From contig CAJTPS010000001.1 in assembly GCA_910578555.1 (NCBI GenBank), positions 94,108 through 158,107 of the forward strand: a DNA stretch of 64,000 nt. The letters run 5' to 3'. The notes under the pieces are model-generated. The model searched no databases, was not told the DNA's origin, and saw only the letters and a list, made by a program, of their open reading frames with translations. This DNA comes from an uncultured Lachnospiraceae bacterium. Lineage in GTDB: Bacteria; Bacillota; Clostridia; Lachnospirales; Lachnospiraceae. A program made the translations under genes and the position numbers. Every line of letters begins with the position of its first letter. Positions within the stretch are counted from its first letter, which is position 1. Shown here piece by piece: positions 10,673-20,026 of the stretch.

Positions 10673-11263
10673 ATGTATATTATCGTGGGTCTGGGAAATC
10701 CGGACAGACAGTATCAGAATACAAGACATAATATCGGCTTTGATGTAATTGATGCGATTGCAGCGAAGAATAATATTACTGTGGGCGAGCGTAAGCATAA
10801 GGCACTGATCGGCAAAGGATACGTGGGCGGACAGAAGGTTGTTTTGGTGAAGCCGCAGACATATATGAATTTAAGTGGTGAAAGCGTCAGGGATGTCATA
10901 GACTTTTATAAGATAGACGAGAGAAATGAACTGATCGTGATCTCTGATGATGTCAGTCTCGATGTGGGACAGATTCGCATCCGTAAGAAGGGAAGCGCCG
11001 GCGGGCACAACGGGCTGAAAAATATCATTCTGCATTTGGGGCACGATGAATTTCAGCGCGTGAAAATGGGCGTGGGTGAGAAGCCGAAAGGATATGATCT
11101 GGCGGATTATGTGCTGGGACATTTTCCGAAGGAGGAGCGGGAGATCATGGACGAGAGCGCTGTGCGCGCGGCAGCGGCAGTAGAAGTGATGATTACTGAA
11201 GGCGCGGATGTGGCGATGAACCAATATAATAAAAAGGTACAGAAAGACGGAGGTAAGATGTGA
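10673..11263 (+). CDS. pth: Peptidyl-tRNA hydrolase
   Basis: IVGLGNP, TRHNIGF, KPQTYMNLSG and GGHNGLK motifs. Confidence 0.97.
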   Translation: MYIIVGLGNPDRQYQNTRHNIGFDVIDAIAAKNNITVGERKHKALIGKGYVGGQKVVLVKPQTYMNLSGESVRDVIDFYKIDERNELIVISDDVSLDVGQIRIRKKGSAGGHNGLKNIILHLGHDEFQRVKMGVGEKPKGYDLADYVLGHFPKEEREIMDESAVRAAAAVEVMITEGADVAMNQYNKKVQKDGGKM

Positions 11264-14200
11264 GGGCTTTACTTGCTCCCTTAGAAGAATTGGGAGAATA
11301 TGAAGAGATTAAGAAAATGCTTGTAAAAGAGCAGGCACCAGTTGCGCTGAGTGGTTGTGTGGATTCTCAGAAGCTGCATATGATTTATGGACTTAGCGAG
11401 GGTTTCCGATACAAAGTGATCGTGACATTCAGTGATCTTCGGGCGAAAGAGCTATATGAGGATTACAAGTTTTACGACAGGAATGTTATGCTATATCCGG
11501 CCAAAGATTTGATCTTTTTTCAGGCGGATATTCACGGCAATCAATTGACGATGGAGCGGATCAGGTGCCTGCGCAGATTGATGGAGGGCAGACCGACCAC
11601 GGTGATTACCACGTATGATGCACTGATGGCGCCGCAGCCTCCGATCGGGGCATGGAAAAAACATGTGATCCATATCGATAAGCGGAGCCGGATAGAAGAA
11701 AGTGAGCTGGCGGCGTGTCTTGTGGAACTTGGTTATGAGAAAAATTATCAAGTGGAGGCGCCGGGGCAGTTTAGCATACGCGGCGGTATTATTGATATTT
11801 TTGATTTGACAGAAGAGAATCCCTACCGGATCGAGTTGTGGGGAGAAGATGTGGAGTCCATTCGCAGCTTTGATATTTTAAGTCAGCGCTCGATTGAGAA
11901 ACTGGAGTCCGTCACGATTTATCCTGCAACAGAACTAATTTTATCAGAGGATGAACTGCGAGCCGGACTGCAGAAGATTCAGGCGGAATGTAAAGAATAT
12001 GCGGCGAAACTGCGGAAAGAGATGAAGACCGAGGAAGCGCACAGAATCGAGACACAGGTGAAGGAACTGGCGGAGCAGCTGATCGAGCTTGGTCTGTCCC
12101 GCAACGCGGTGAATCTGGAAAGCTATGTAAGATATTTTTATCCGGAACTGTCTACACTGTTAGATTGTCTGACGGGCGCTTCGGAAGGTTCCGGCGGGCA
12201 GAGGGCAGGCTGCGTTTTCATCGAAGAGCCTCTGCGGGTCAGAGAACATGCGTCTGCAGTGGAGCTTGAATTTCGGGAAAGTATGATGCACCGTCTGGAG
12301 AAGGGTTATATTCTGCCCGGACAGACGGACATTCTCTACAGCGCGGAAGAGACTGCGGCAAGGATTGCGGGAGGCAGGGTCGTGACCCTTTCTATGATGG
12401 ACGGAAAGAATCCGCTTTTTAAGGCGGACCGTAAATTTGACATACAGACGAGAAGCTTATCTTCTTACAATAACAGTTTTGAAGCGCTGGTAAAAGATCT
12501 GACCGGTTATAAGAAAAGAGGATACCGCATTCTGCTGCTTTCCGGTTCCCGGACGAGAGCGAAGCGTCTGGCGGAGGATCTGCGGGATCAGGAGATCAGC
12601 GCTTTTTACAGTGAAGACCCCATGCGGGAAGTGCAGCCGGGGGAAGTTATGACTTATTACGGCAGGGTGCTGAAGGGATTCGAGTACCCGCTGCTTAAAT
12701 TTATCGTAATTTCGGAAAGCGATATTTTTGGTGTTGAGAAAAAGAAAAAAAAGAAGAAACTTTATCAGGGACAGAAAATCAACGATTTTAATGAGTTAAA
12801 AGTGGGTGACTATGTCGTGCACGAGAGCCACGGTCTCGGTATCTATCAAGGGATAGAGAAGGTGGAAGTAGATAAGATTGTTAAAGATTACATGAAGATA
12901 TCCTACCGCGACGGCGGGATACTCTACGTACTTGCCACGGGACTGGATGTGATTCAGAAATACGCGTCCGCGGAGTCCGGCAGTAAACCGAAACTCAACA
13001 AACTCGGTACACAGGAATGGAATAAAACCAAATCCAAGGTGCGCACTGCCGTGGACGAGGTAGCGCAGGATCTGGTGGAGCTGTACGCGGTCAGGCAGCA
13101 GAGCCAGGGATTCAAGTACGGACCGGATACCGTCTGGCAGAGGGAGTTCGAAGAGATGTTTCCGTTTGAAGAGACGGAGGATCAGGTCAGCGCCATTGCC
13201 GCCACCAAAGAAGATATGGAGAGCAGCAAGATCATGGACCGGCTGATCTGCGGCGATGTGGGCTATGGCAAGACGGAGATTGCGATCCGGGCGGCCTTCA
13301 AGGCGGTACAGGAGGGAAAACAGGTCGTGTATCTGGTGCCGACCACGATTCTGGCGCAGCAGCACTATAATACTTTCGTACAGCGGATGAAAGATTTTCC
13401 CGTGCGGATCGACCTGCTCTCACGTTTCAGGACGGCGGCGGAACAGAAGAAGACAGTGACAGACCTGAAGAAGGGTATGGTGGACATTGTGATCGGTACC
13501 CACCGGGTACTGTCTACGGATGTGCAGTATAAGGATCTGGGACTGCTTATTATAGATGAGGAGCAGCGTTTCGGCGTGGCACATAAAGAGAAGATCAAGA
13601 AGATGAAAGAAAATGTGGATGTGCTGACGCTGACGGCGACGCCTATTCCGAGAACACTGCACATGAGCCTGATCGGTATCCGGGATATGAGTGTGCTTGA
13701 GGAGGCGCCGGGAGACCGCCATCCGATCCAGACATTTGTCTGTGAGTATAACGAAGAACTGGTGCGGGAGGCAATTGTCAGGGAACTGTCCAGGGAAGGA
13801 CAGGTATACTATGTTTACAACCGGGTAAATAATATTGCGGATATTGCCGCCGTCATTCAAAAGCTTGTGCCCGAGGCGACCGTGGCATTTGCCCATGGAC
13901 AGATGAAGGAGAGTGAACTGGAGCGGATCATGTATGATTTCATAGACGGGGAAATCGACGTGCTGGTGTCCACGACGATCATTGAGACCGGGCTGGATAT
14001 TTCCAATGTCAACACGATGATCATCCATGATTCCGATCAGATGGGATTATCACAGCTCTATCAGCTTAGAGGACGCGTGGGGCGTTCCAATCGGACAGCT
14101 TATGCTTTCCTGATGTATAAAAGAGACAAGATGCTCAAGGAAGTGGCGGAGAAACGGCTGGAAGCGATTAAAGAGTTTACAGATCTCGGAAGCGGATTTA

Positions 14201-14820
14201 AGATCGCCATGCGGGATCTGGAGATACGCGGCGCGGGAAATCTGCTGGGCGCCAGACAGCATGGGCATATGCAGGCGGTCGGTTACGATCTGTACTGTAA
14301 AATGCTGAATGAGGCGGTCAGGAGTCTGAAAGGGATATCTACCATAGAGGATTTCAACACAAGCATCGATCTGGAAGCGGATGCGTACATTCCGCCGTCC
14401 TATATCGTGAACGAAGTACAGAAGCTGGATATCTATAAGCGCATCGCCGGAATCGAGAACGAGAAAGAGTGCGAAGATATGCGGGAGGAACTGCTGGACC
14501 GTTTCGGCGGGATTCCGAAGTCGGCGGAGAACCTGCTGCGCATTGCGCTGCTCCGCGCACAGGCGCACAGGCTGTATATGCCGGAGGTAAAGGGCAAGGG
14601 CGGCGCCATACACTTCCTGCTGCGCCAAGATGCCAGAATCAAAGTGGAAAACATACCGCATCTTCTGCGGGCATACGAGGGCAGAATGACTTTTGACCCG
14701 AAGGGGACACCGACCTTCCGGCTGCGTTATCAAAAATGCGGCGTAGTCGAGAAGGATGAGGAAATTCTGCTGGCGTTGACGGAGGCGGCGCTTAGGGATA
14801 TGGAGGAGATGCTGCTGTGA
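11260..14820 (+). CDS. mfd: Transcription-repair coupling factor
   Basis: CGDVGYGKT, DEEQRFG, TATPIPRT, QLRGRVGRS, CarD-like and TRCF domains; follows pth. Confidence 0.97.
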   Translation: MRALLAPLEELGEYEEIKKMLVKEQAPVALSGCVDSQKLHMIYGLSEGFRYKVIVTFSDLRAKELYEDYKFYDRNVMLYPAKDLIFFQADIHGNQLTMERIRCLRRLMEGRPTTVITTYDALMAPQPPIGAWKKHVIHIDKRSRIEESELAACLVELGYEKNYQVEAPGQFSIRGGIIDIFDLTEENPYRIELWGEDVESIRSFDILSQRSIEKLESVTIYPATELILSEDELRAGLQKIQAECKEYAAKLRKEMKTEEAHRIETQVKELAEQLIELGLSRNAVNLESYVRYFYPELSTLLDCLTGASEGSGGQRAGCVFIEEPLRVREHASAVELEFRESMMHRLEKGYILPGQTDILYSAEETAARIAGGRVVTLSMMDGKNPLFKADRKFDIQTRSLSSYNNSFEALVKDLTGYKKRGYRILLLSGSRTRAKRLAEDLRDQEISAFYSEDPMREVQPGEVMTYYGRVLKGFEYPLLKFIVISESDIFGVEKKKKKKKLYQGQKINDFNELKVGDYVVHESHGLGIYQGIEKVEVDKIVKDYMKISYRDGGILYVLATGLDVIQKYASAESGSKPKLNKLGTQEWNKTKSKVRTAVDEVAQDLVELYAVRQQSQGFKYGPDTVWQREFEEMFPFEETEDQVSAIAATKEDMESSKIMDRLICGDVGYGKTEIAIRAAFKAVQEGKQVVYLVPTTILAQQHYNTFVQRMKDFPVRIDLLSRFRTAAEQKKTVTDLKKGMVDIVIGTHRVLSTDVQYKDLGLLIIDEEQRFGVAHKEKIKKMKENVDVLTLTATPIPRTLHMSLIGIRDMSVLEEAPGDRHPIQTFVCEYNEELVREAIVRELSREGQVYYVYNRVNNIADIAAVIQKLVPEATVAFAHGQMKESELERIMYDFIDGEIDVLVSTTIIETGLDISNVNTMIIHDSDQMGLSQLYQLRGRVGRSNRTAYAFLMYKRDKMLKEVAEKRLEAIKEFTDLGSGFKIAMRDLEIRGAGNLLGARQHGHMQAVGYDLYCKMLNEAVRSLKGISTIEDFNTSIDLEADAYIPPSYIVNEVQKLDIYKRIAGIENEKECEDMREELLDRFGGIPKSAENLLRIALLRAQAHRLYMPEVKGKGGAIHFLLRQDARIKVENIPHLLRAYEGRMTFDPKGTPTFRLRYQKCGVVEKDEEILLALTEAALRDMEEMLL

Positions 14821-14925
14821 GGCAGGAGGAAGGAAAAAATTTCCGGTTGCAATTAGTCATAAATGGAATATAACATACTTAACGTAATGGATATACGAAT
14901 GTAAAATGTTAAGGGAAATTATTCT

Positions 14926-15237
14926 ATGGTATACGACTATATTATTCGAAATTATAAAGAAGGAGAACCCATATTTTTTGCAGATCTTCTTATAGAGAGC
15001 ATTTCAAAACCGGCAGTCAGCCAGCAGTTGAAGACTTTGTGTAACAATGGAAAGCTTGTCAAATATGATACCGGTGTGTATTATATTCCGAAAAAAACGT
15101 TGCTCACGTCATCAATTGGCCCGAGTGCGGACATAGTTGCAAAGTATAGATTTATTTCCAGAGGCGGGAAAATAGACGGATTCTATGCAGGAAATACATT
15201 TGCTAATCAGATCGGAATATCTGTCTGCCAGAAATGA
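14926..15237 (+). pseudogene. Truncated DUF6088/AbiEi-like (type IV antitoxin-like) gene
   Basis: YKEGEPIF...GVYYIP...GFYAGNTFANQIGIS resembles the N-terminal half of this family; the ORF ends abruptly just after the FANQIG motif. Confidence 0.6.
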
Positions 15238-15315
15238 AAAATTTGCAGAAAAAATCCACTTGGACAGATCGGTGTCTAAGTGGATTTATTATACTATAGA
15301 AAATTCCACGATGTG

Positions 15316-15364
15316 TTTCGAGCCCGTGAAGCGGGACTCGCAACCCCGCGAAGCTCGATTTTTT
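15316..15364 (-). repeat. REP-like double-hairpin repeat, family 1, copy 3
   Basis: Reverse complement AAAAAATCGAGCTTCGCGGGGTTGCGAGTCCCGCTTCACGGGCTCGAAA, overlapping the stop codon of the XRE gene. Confidence 0.75.
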
Positions 15365-15701
15365 ATCGGCAGTACGTGATAATCTCAGACATAAATTTCT
15401 GTAGCAGAAGAAGCTGCGGCTGGGAAAGTTCCCTGAGCTGCGTGATGATATCCTCCTGCAGCCGGCTCGTGTCCGCTTCCTCTGAGGAAGGAAGCTCGAT
15501 GATATCCTCGACACCGATATGAAACAGGGAGCAGACATTGATGATCTTCTCGATCGTAAAGTTACGCTCTCCGCGTTCAAGCTGTGCATAATACTGTGTA
15601 TCGAGATAGAGCTGTCTTGCCAGTTCCTCCTGTGTCATGTTATTCAAAAGACGGTATTTCTTAATGTTCTGTGCAATGGAATGAGGGGTGCTTTCTTTCA
15701 T
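15363..15701 (-). CDS. XRE/Cro-family helix-turn-helix regulator
   Basis: NIKKYRLLNNMTQEELA...YAQLERGERN HTH_3 pattern; RBS AAGGAGG. Confidence 0.9.
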   Translation of the reverse strand: MKESTPHSIAQNIKKYRLLNNMTQEELARQLYLDTQYYAQLERGERNFTIEKIINVCSLFHIGVEDIIELPSSEEADTSRLQEDIITQLRELSQPQLLLLQKFMSEIITYCR

Positions 15702-15965
15702 ATAGTCGCCTCCTTATATTCTTAAACTATATGATTCTCAATAAAAAAGAGTGATAAAGTATGCTATATATAGTATTGCAAAATGCTATATGCATATAGT
15801 AGAATATAGTAGAAAAAAGGGATAAAATAGAAGTCAGGGGACTCCCTCAAAACAGTCTGAGAAAAGCGTGCGTAGAAATGGGAATTTAATATAGATATAA
15901 AAAGTAAGATGGACAGCAACCGTCCACACGGACTGCTATGATGGTATCAAAAGCGTACCTATAAA

Positions 15966-16943
15966 ATGATAACGGAGGTCTCAGATGCGATGGACGGAGA
16001 AGGATTAGGCAAGAGCAACAGAGTACTGGCAATCTACACGAAACTGATGAACGGACAGCTTGTAAAGAAAGCAGAGGAGGCGGAGCGTTTCGGTGTCAAT
16101 GCAAAAAGCATACAGCGTGATCTGGAAGGCATCCGAGCTTTTCTGGCGGAACAGTCTGCGCAGGAAGGATTCCATAATGAGCTGGTTTACGATCATTATG
16201 ATAAAGGCTACCGCCTGGAACAGGGCAGCAGTGCCAGACTGACCAATGACGAGATACTGGCGGTCTGCAAGATTCTGCTGGACAGCAGGGCTTTTACCAG
16301 ACAGGAAATGATGGGTATTCTGGATAAGCTGCTGGTTAACTGTGTGCCGAAGAAGAACCAGAAGCTGATCGCCGACCTGATTGCGAATGAGAGATTCCAT
16401 TACATAGAGCCGCGGCACAAACGGGTCTTTCTGGACAAGATCATGCAGCTTGGCGAGGCGATCAGGGAGTGCAGGGTGATTCAGATTCAATATACGAAAC
16501 TGAAGGACAAGTCCACCGTGGAGCGCAGACTGGAGCCGCTGGCGATCATGTTCTCGGAGTACTATTTCTATCTGGTGGGATTTATTGAGGGCATAGATAA
16601 AGAGAAAGCTTTCGAGAATGCGGACGATCCTTTTCCGACAATCTACCGGATTGACCGGATCGAGAGCCTGAAGGTGACGGGAGAACGCTTTAAGATTCCA
16701 TACGCCGACCGGTTTGAAGAAGGCGAGTTCCGCAAGCGGGTGCAGTTCATGTACGGCGGCAAACTGCGGAAAGTGAAGTTCGAGTACACGGGGGAATCTA
16801 TCGAGGCGGTGCTGGACAGGCTGCCCACAGCGAAGATCCTCTCGGAGGAGGACGGCAAGTGTGTGGTGCAGGCGGAGGTGTTCGGGAAGGGGATCGATAT
16901 GTGGCTGCGGAGCCAGGGGGAGAGAGTGAGGGTGGTGGAGTGA
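15966..16943 (+). CDS. WYL-domain transcriptional regulator (wHTH-WYL-WCX); the start may be 15990
   Basis: N-terminal HTH (AERFGVNAKSIQRDL); WYL core (RRLEPLAI...YFYLVG...YRIDRI). Confidence 0.92.
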   Translation: MITEVSDAMDGEGLGKSNRVLAIYTKLMNGQLVKKAEEAERFGVNAKSIQRDLEGIRAFLAEQSAQEGFHNELVYDHYDKGYRLEQGSSARLTNDEILAVCKILLDSRAFTRQEMMGILDKLLVNCVPKKNQKLIADLIANERFHYIEPRHKRVFLDKIMQLGEAIRECRVIQIQYTKLKDKSTVERRLEPLAIMFSEYYFYLVGFIEGIDKEKAFENADDPFPTIYRIDRIESLKVTGERFKIPYADRFEEGEFRKRVQFMYGGKLRKVKFEYTGESIEAVLDRLPTAKILSEEDGKCVVQAEVFGKGIDMWLRSQGERVRVVE

Positions 16944-16967
16944 GAGGAAAGGAAGAAAGGTGGCAAG

Positions 16968-18611
16968 ATGGCTGCATTTGTGGAATTAAAGAATGCTTGT
17001 GAAGATGATTTTGAAGTTGAATTTGAAGTGGTTCCGTCTATCGATCTTGTCAATGTGTGTGATGAAAGACGCAAGAAAATTGCAAGGGACTTGGAAAATA
17101 TTGAGAGTCAGCGAGAGGCGGTGCTTCAAAGAGTAAATGAACTTAATGCGGATATAGATCGGTTGACAAATCATGCAGACGGGATTGATTATGCAATAGC
17201 TGTGACATGTGGAATTATTACGGGTATTTTTGATGCAGTAATTGTCGGAGAGTGGGACTTCAAAAACGCGAAGGCAATCAGTAATCAGCAAATTAATGAA
17301 AAAGTAATGGATTTCGCAAAAAAAGATCCGGGATATGTCGATTTTTTGGATAAGAAAAGAACTAAATCTAAAGATCCCAATCGATTGGATAATGCAATTG
17401 AATTTTTGGAAAAGAAATATAAGTTACCTGGAGATGGTGAATATAAACCTTATAAGGACTATGGAATAACGGATAAAACCCATCATCTAGATGATTTCTG
17501 CCATCACCCGACACTGGTTGGATTAGTATGCTGCATTTTAGTGCAGTTTACCGGGATAGCTAAATATAGAAGCAGCTCGGGAGAAGTAATTAAAGTGCCA
17601 ATAGAAGTGAATGAGTATGGAAATTTAGTCAGTCAGGAGACTTGGGGAAAATTTTTTGCGGGAATCATTAATTGGTTCTTTAATGTGGCAAAGACTATTA
17701 AGAATCGCAAAGGACATTTGCTGAGTGATATGGCGGGAAGTTCTACTGCTGTCGGAAAAGGCAATGAGGGAGCGGGAATACCCGGATCGTTTCTTGCGAC
17801 AGCAAAGGAACTGGCAGCTTTGCCTTGTTTTGAGGATACAAATTTTGCTGAGAATTTAAGGAAAGCGTATCAAAATGGAATTGGTGTAGGAAAAAAGCAG
17901 TTGGATTTAGGCGCATTTAACAGTCTGTTTCAAGGGGCATCCAGCAAGGTCGATATGAGAACAGAGATGGCTGTCAAACATGAACTAAAGAGACAGGCGG
18001 TTCCGGTGATTATCAATGAATTGTTAGTCAGAGGACTATATTTTATACGAAGATTTATTATGCAGATGAAGCAGAAACATTCGATTGCAGAACTCGATTG
18101 GAGGGAAGTAATGCCGTTCCGAAACAGAACAATCGTAAGGATGATGACGGTTGCATCGGGAACGTTTACGGCAATTGATATGGCGGATGCGGCGATTCGT
18201 TCTGCAATTAAATCCGGTGGATTTAATGCTCCTGCATTCCTGTCAAATATGATTCTCAGGGTCAATTTTGTAGGAGTTGGCAGGTTTGCTGTGGCTGTCG
18301 CTACGGATGCGGGAATGGGATTGAAACGGAATTACCTTCGCGGTGAGCGCATGAAATTATACAGCGAATTAATTTTTTATACCGACGCGAAGGTGTTTTA
18401 TAAACAGGCTGATATGTGGATCTCTGCCGAGAATGCTGGAGAAGCGATAGAAAAAGCGTATGAAATGATGGAAACAACAACGGCATTCTTATTGGAGTCA
18501 ATGCATGAGATGGGAGATGATCTGAACAAAATAGGCACATACATACCTGAGATTAAGAAAAAGAATGAAAGATTATTGGAAGACATGAATGATATTCTTA
18601 CATGGGGGTGA
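16968..18611 (+). CDS. Uncharacterised 547-aa protein with N-terminal coiled coil, hydrophobic helices and a His-rich motif
   Basis: Long ORF with RBS AAGGTGG, 24 bp after the WYL gene; DYAIAVTCGIITGIFDAVIVG and THHLDDFCHHPTLVGLVCCILVQFTG segments. Confidence 0.8.
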   Translation: MAAFVELKNACEDDFEVEFEVVPSIDLVNVCDERRKKIARDLENIESQREAVLQRVNELNADIDRLTNHADGIDYAIAVTCGIITGIFDAVIVGEWDFKNAKAISNQQINEKVMDFAKKDPGYVDFLDKKRTKSKDPNRLDNAIEFLEKKYKLPGDGEYKPYKDYGITDKTHHLDDFCHHPTLVGLVCCILVQFTGIAKYRSSSGEVIKVPIEVNEYGNLVSQETWGKFFAGIINWFFNVAKTIKNRKGHLLSDMAGSSTAVGKGNEGAGIPGSFLATAKELAALPCFEDTNFAENLRKAYQNGIGVGKKQLDLGAFNSLFQGASSKVDMRTEMAVKHELKRQAVPVIINELLVRGLYFIRRFIMQMKQKHSIAELDWREVMPFRNRTIVRMMTVASGTFTAIDMADAAIRSAIKSGGFNAPAFLSNMILRVNFVGVGRFAVAVATDAGMGLKRNYLRGERMKLYSELIFYTDAKVFYKQADMWISAENAGEAIEKAYEMMETTTAFLLESMHEMGDDLNKIGTYIPEIKKKNERLLEDMNDILTWG

Positions 18612-18616
18612 ATGAA

Positions 18617-19795
18617 ATGAACGACAATGAAATTCAATTATATGAGATTAATGAATCCGAGCTTCCGAATATTATAACATCACAAATTAGTGAGATTAAG
18701 AAGCTTGAGGATAAAGTTAATGTTGCAATGCAGAAAGCAGAGGATGCGAAACAATCTGCAGACAGTGCATATAGAAAATCGACAGGCTTGTTTCAGAAGG
18801 GAAAAGCGATTGAATCCTTGCAGCAGGCGGCTGTAGATTTAGCGGAGTCTCAAATCAGTGCGTCAGAGGCACAGAAAGTTTCTTTTGAATATCAGGAAAA
18901 ATTAGGAAAGATATCGCAGTATTTATTTGGACTGGGAGTGACGAGTCTTGCTTCAAACCGTTCAGTGGTCAGACAGCTTCAGTTACAATTAAATGGTGCA
19001 TCTAAAGAAGAATTGAGTGATTTTGCCAGACAGGAAATTACGAATGTAATTAAGCAATTAAAAGCGCAAGAAGATATAATGAATAAGCAGAATTTTCTTG
19101 CTGAGAAAGTGAAGCAGCATGAACAGAATTTAAAAGAAATAGAAAGTAAGGATGAAGAACAGGATCGACAGATTGCAAGGAATGTGGCAAAAGATAAAGA
19201 GCAGGATAGGAAAATAGCGGAACAGGTATTAAAAGATGAGGAGCATGACAGACGGCTGGCGGAGCAGGCATTAAAGGACGAAGAACATGACAGATTAATA
19301 GCAAAGAATGCAGCAAAAGATAAGGAGCAGGATAAGAAAATAGCGAAACAGGCATTAAAAGATGAGGAGCATGACAGACGGCTGGCGGAGCAGGCATTAA
19401 AGGACGAAGAACATGACAGATTAATAGCAAAGAATGCAGCAAAAGATAAGGAGCAGGATAAGAAAATAGCGGAACAGGCATTAAAAGATGAGGAGCATGA
19501 CAGACGGCTGGCGGAGCAGACATTAAAGGACGAAGAACATGACAGATTAATAGCAAAGAATGCAGCAAAAGATAAGGAGCAGGATAAGAAAATAGCGAAA
19601 CAGGCATTAAAAGATGAGGAGCATGACAGACGGCTGGCAGAGCAGGCATTAAAGGATGAAGAACATGACAGATTAATAGCAGAGAATGCGGCTAAAAACA
19701 AAGAGCATGATGATTTAATACGGGGATTGCAAAATGAGTGTAGAATGCTGAGACGAAGAATTTGGAAAATGAGCAGGTGGAAAGGAAAAAAATAA
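18617..19795 (+). CDS. Uncharacterised coiled-coil protein with 14-aa tandem repeats
   Basis: ATG 5 bp after the upstream stop, preceded by GGGGGTG; C-terminal KDEEHDRRLAEQAL-type repeats. Confidence 0.8.
   Translation: MNDNEIQLYEINESELPNIITSQISEIKKLEDKVNVAMQKAEDAKQSADSAYRKSTGLFQKGKAIESLQQAAVDLAESQISASEAQKVSFEYQEKLGKISQYLFGLGVTSLASNRSVVRQLQLQLNGASKEELSDFARQEITNVIKQLKAQEDIMNKQNFLAEKVKQHEQNLKEIESKDEEQDRQIARNVAKDKEQDRKIAEQVLKDEEHDRRLAEQALKDEEHDRLIAKNAAKDKEQDKKIAKQALKDEEHDRRLAEQALKDEEHDRLIAKNAAKDKEQDKKIAEQALKDEEHDRRLAEQTLKDEEHDRLIAKNAAKDKEQDKKIAKQALKDEEHDRRLAEQALKDEEHDRLIAENAAKNKEHDDLIRGLQNECRMLRRRIWKMSRWKGKK
19148..19735 (+). repeat. In-frame tandem repeat: about 14 units of 42 bp with a higher-order 126-bp period
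   Basis: Units KDKEQDKKIAKQAL / KDEEHDRRLAEQAL / KDEEHDRLIAKNAA recur every 126 bp with near-identical DNA. Confidence 0.95.
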
Positions 19796-19800
19796 TTGGT

Positions 19801-19832
19801 AATAGAGTCCAGATTATCGGACTCTATTTTTT
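19801..19832 (+). terminator. Hairpin plus T-tract after the WYL operon (could double as an operator)
   Basis: AATAGAGTCC-AGATTATC-GGACTCTATT followed by TTTT. Confidence 0.65.
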
Positions 19833-19882
19833 GTATCCTTATACCAGAACAGCAGTTCGAGTAAACGGTAAAGGAGACAGAT

Positions 19883-19987
19883 ATGATGAAAGGATATGCG
19901 GTAGAGAGCGGTTATATGGGATATGTTGACGGAGAGTATATGCTGTTTGCCAGCGAGACGGATTATACAGATTATATGGAGCAGTAA
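19883..19987 (+). CDS. 34-aa small protein MMKGYAVESGYMGYVDGEYMLFASETDYTDYMEQ (below the ORF-track cutoff)
   Basis: Strong RBS AAAGGAG just upstream of ATG and a clean stop; it resembles small hypothetical proteins I recall from Lachnospiraceae (not verified). Confidence 0.7.
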   Translation: MMKGYAVESGYMGYVDGEYMLFASETDYTDYMEQ

Positions 19988-20026
19988 GCTGATGCGTATG
20001 CAGGAAGCAGAAGAGGAAATCGGTGA

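Noticed and set aside
18979..19701. Antisense repetitive ORFs (240 aa and 199 aa)
   Set aside because: They are shadows of the tandem repeat on the opposite strand, with no RBS or independent signal.
19148..19735. Regular repeats that might be a CRISPR array
   Set aside because: Units are contiguous, in-frame coding repeats with no unique spacers and no cas genes nearby.
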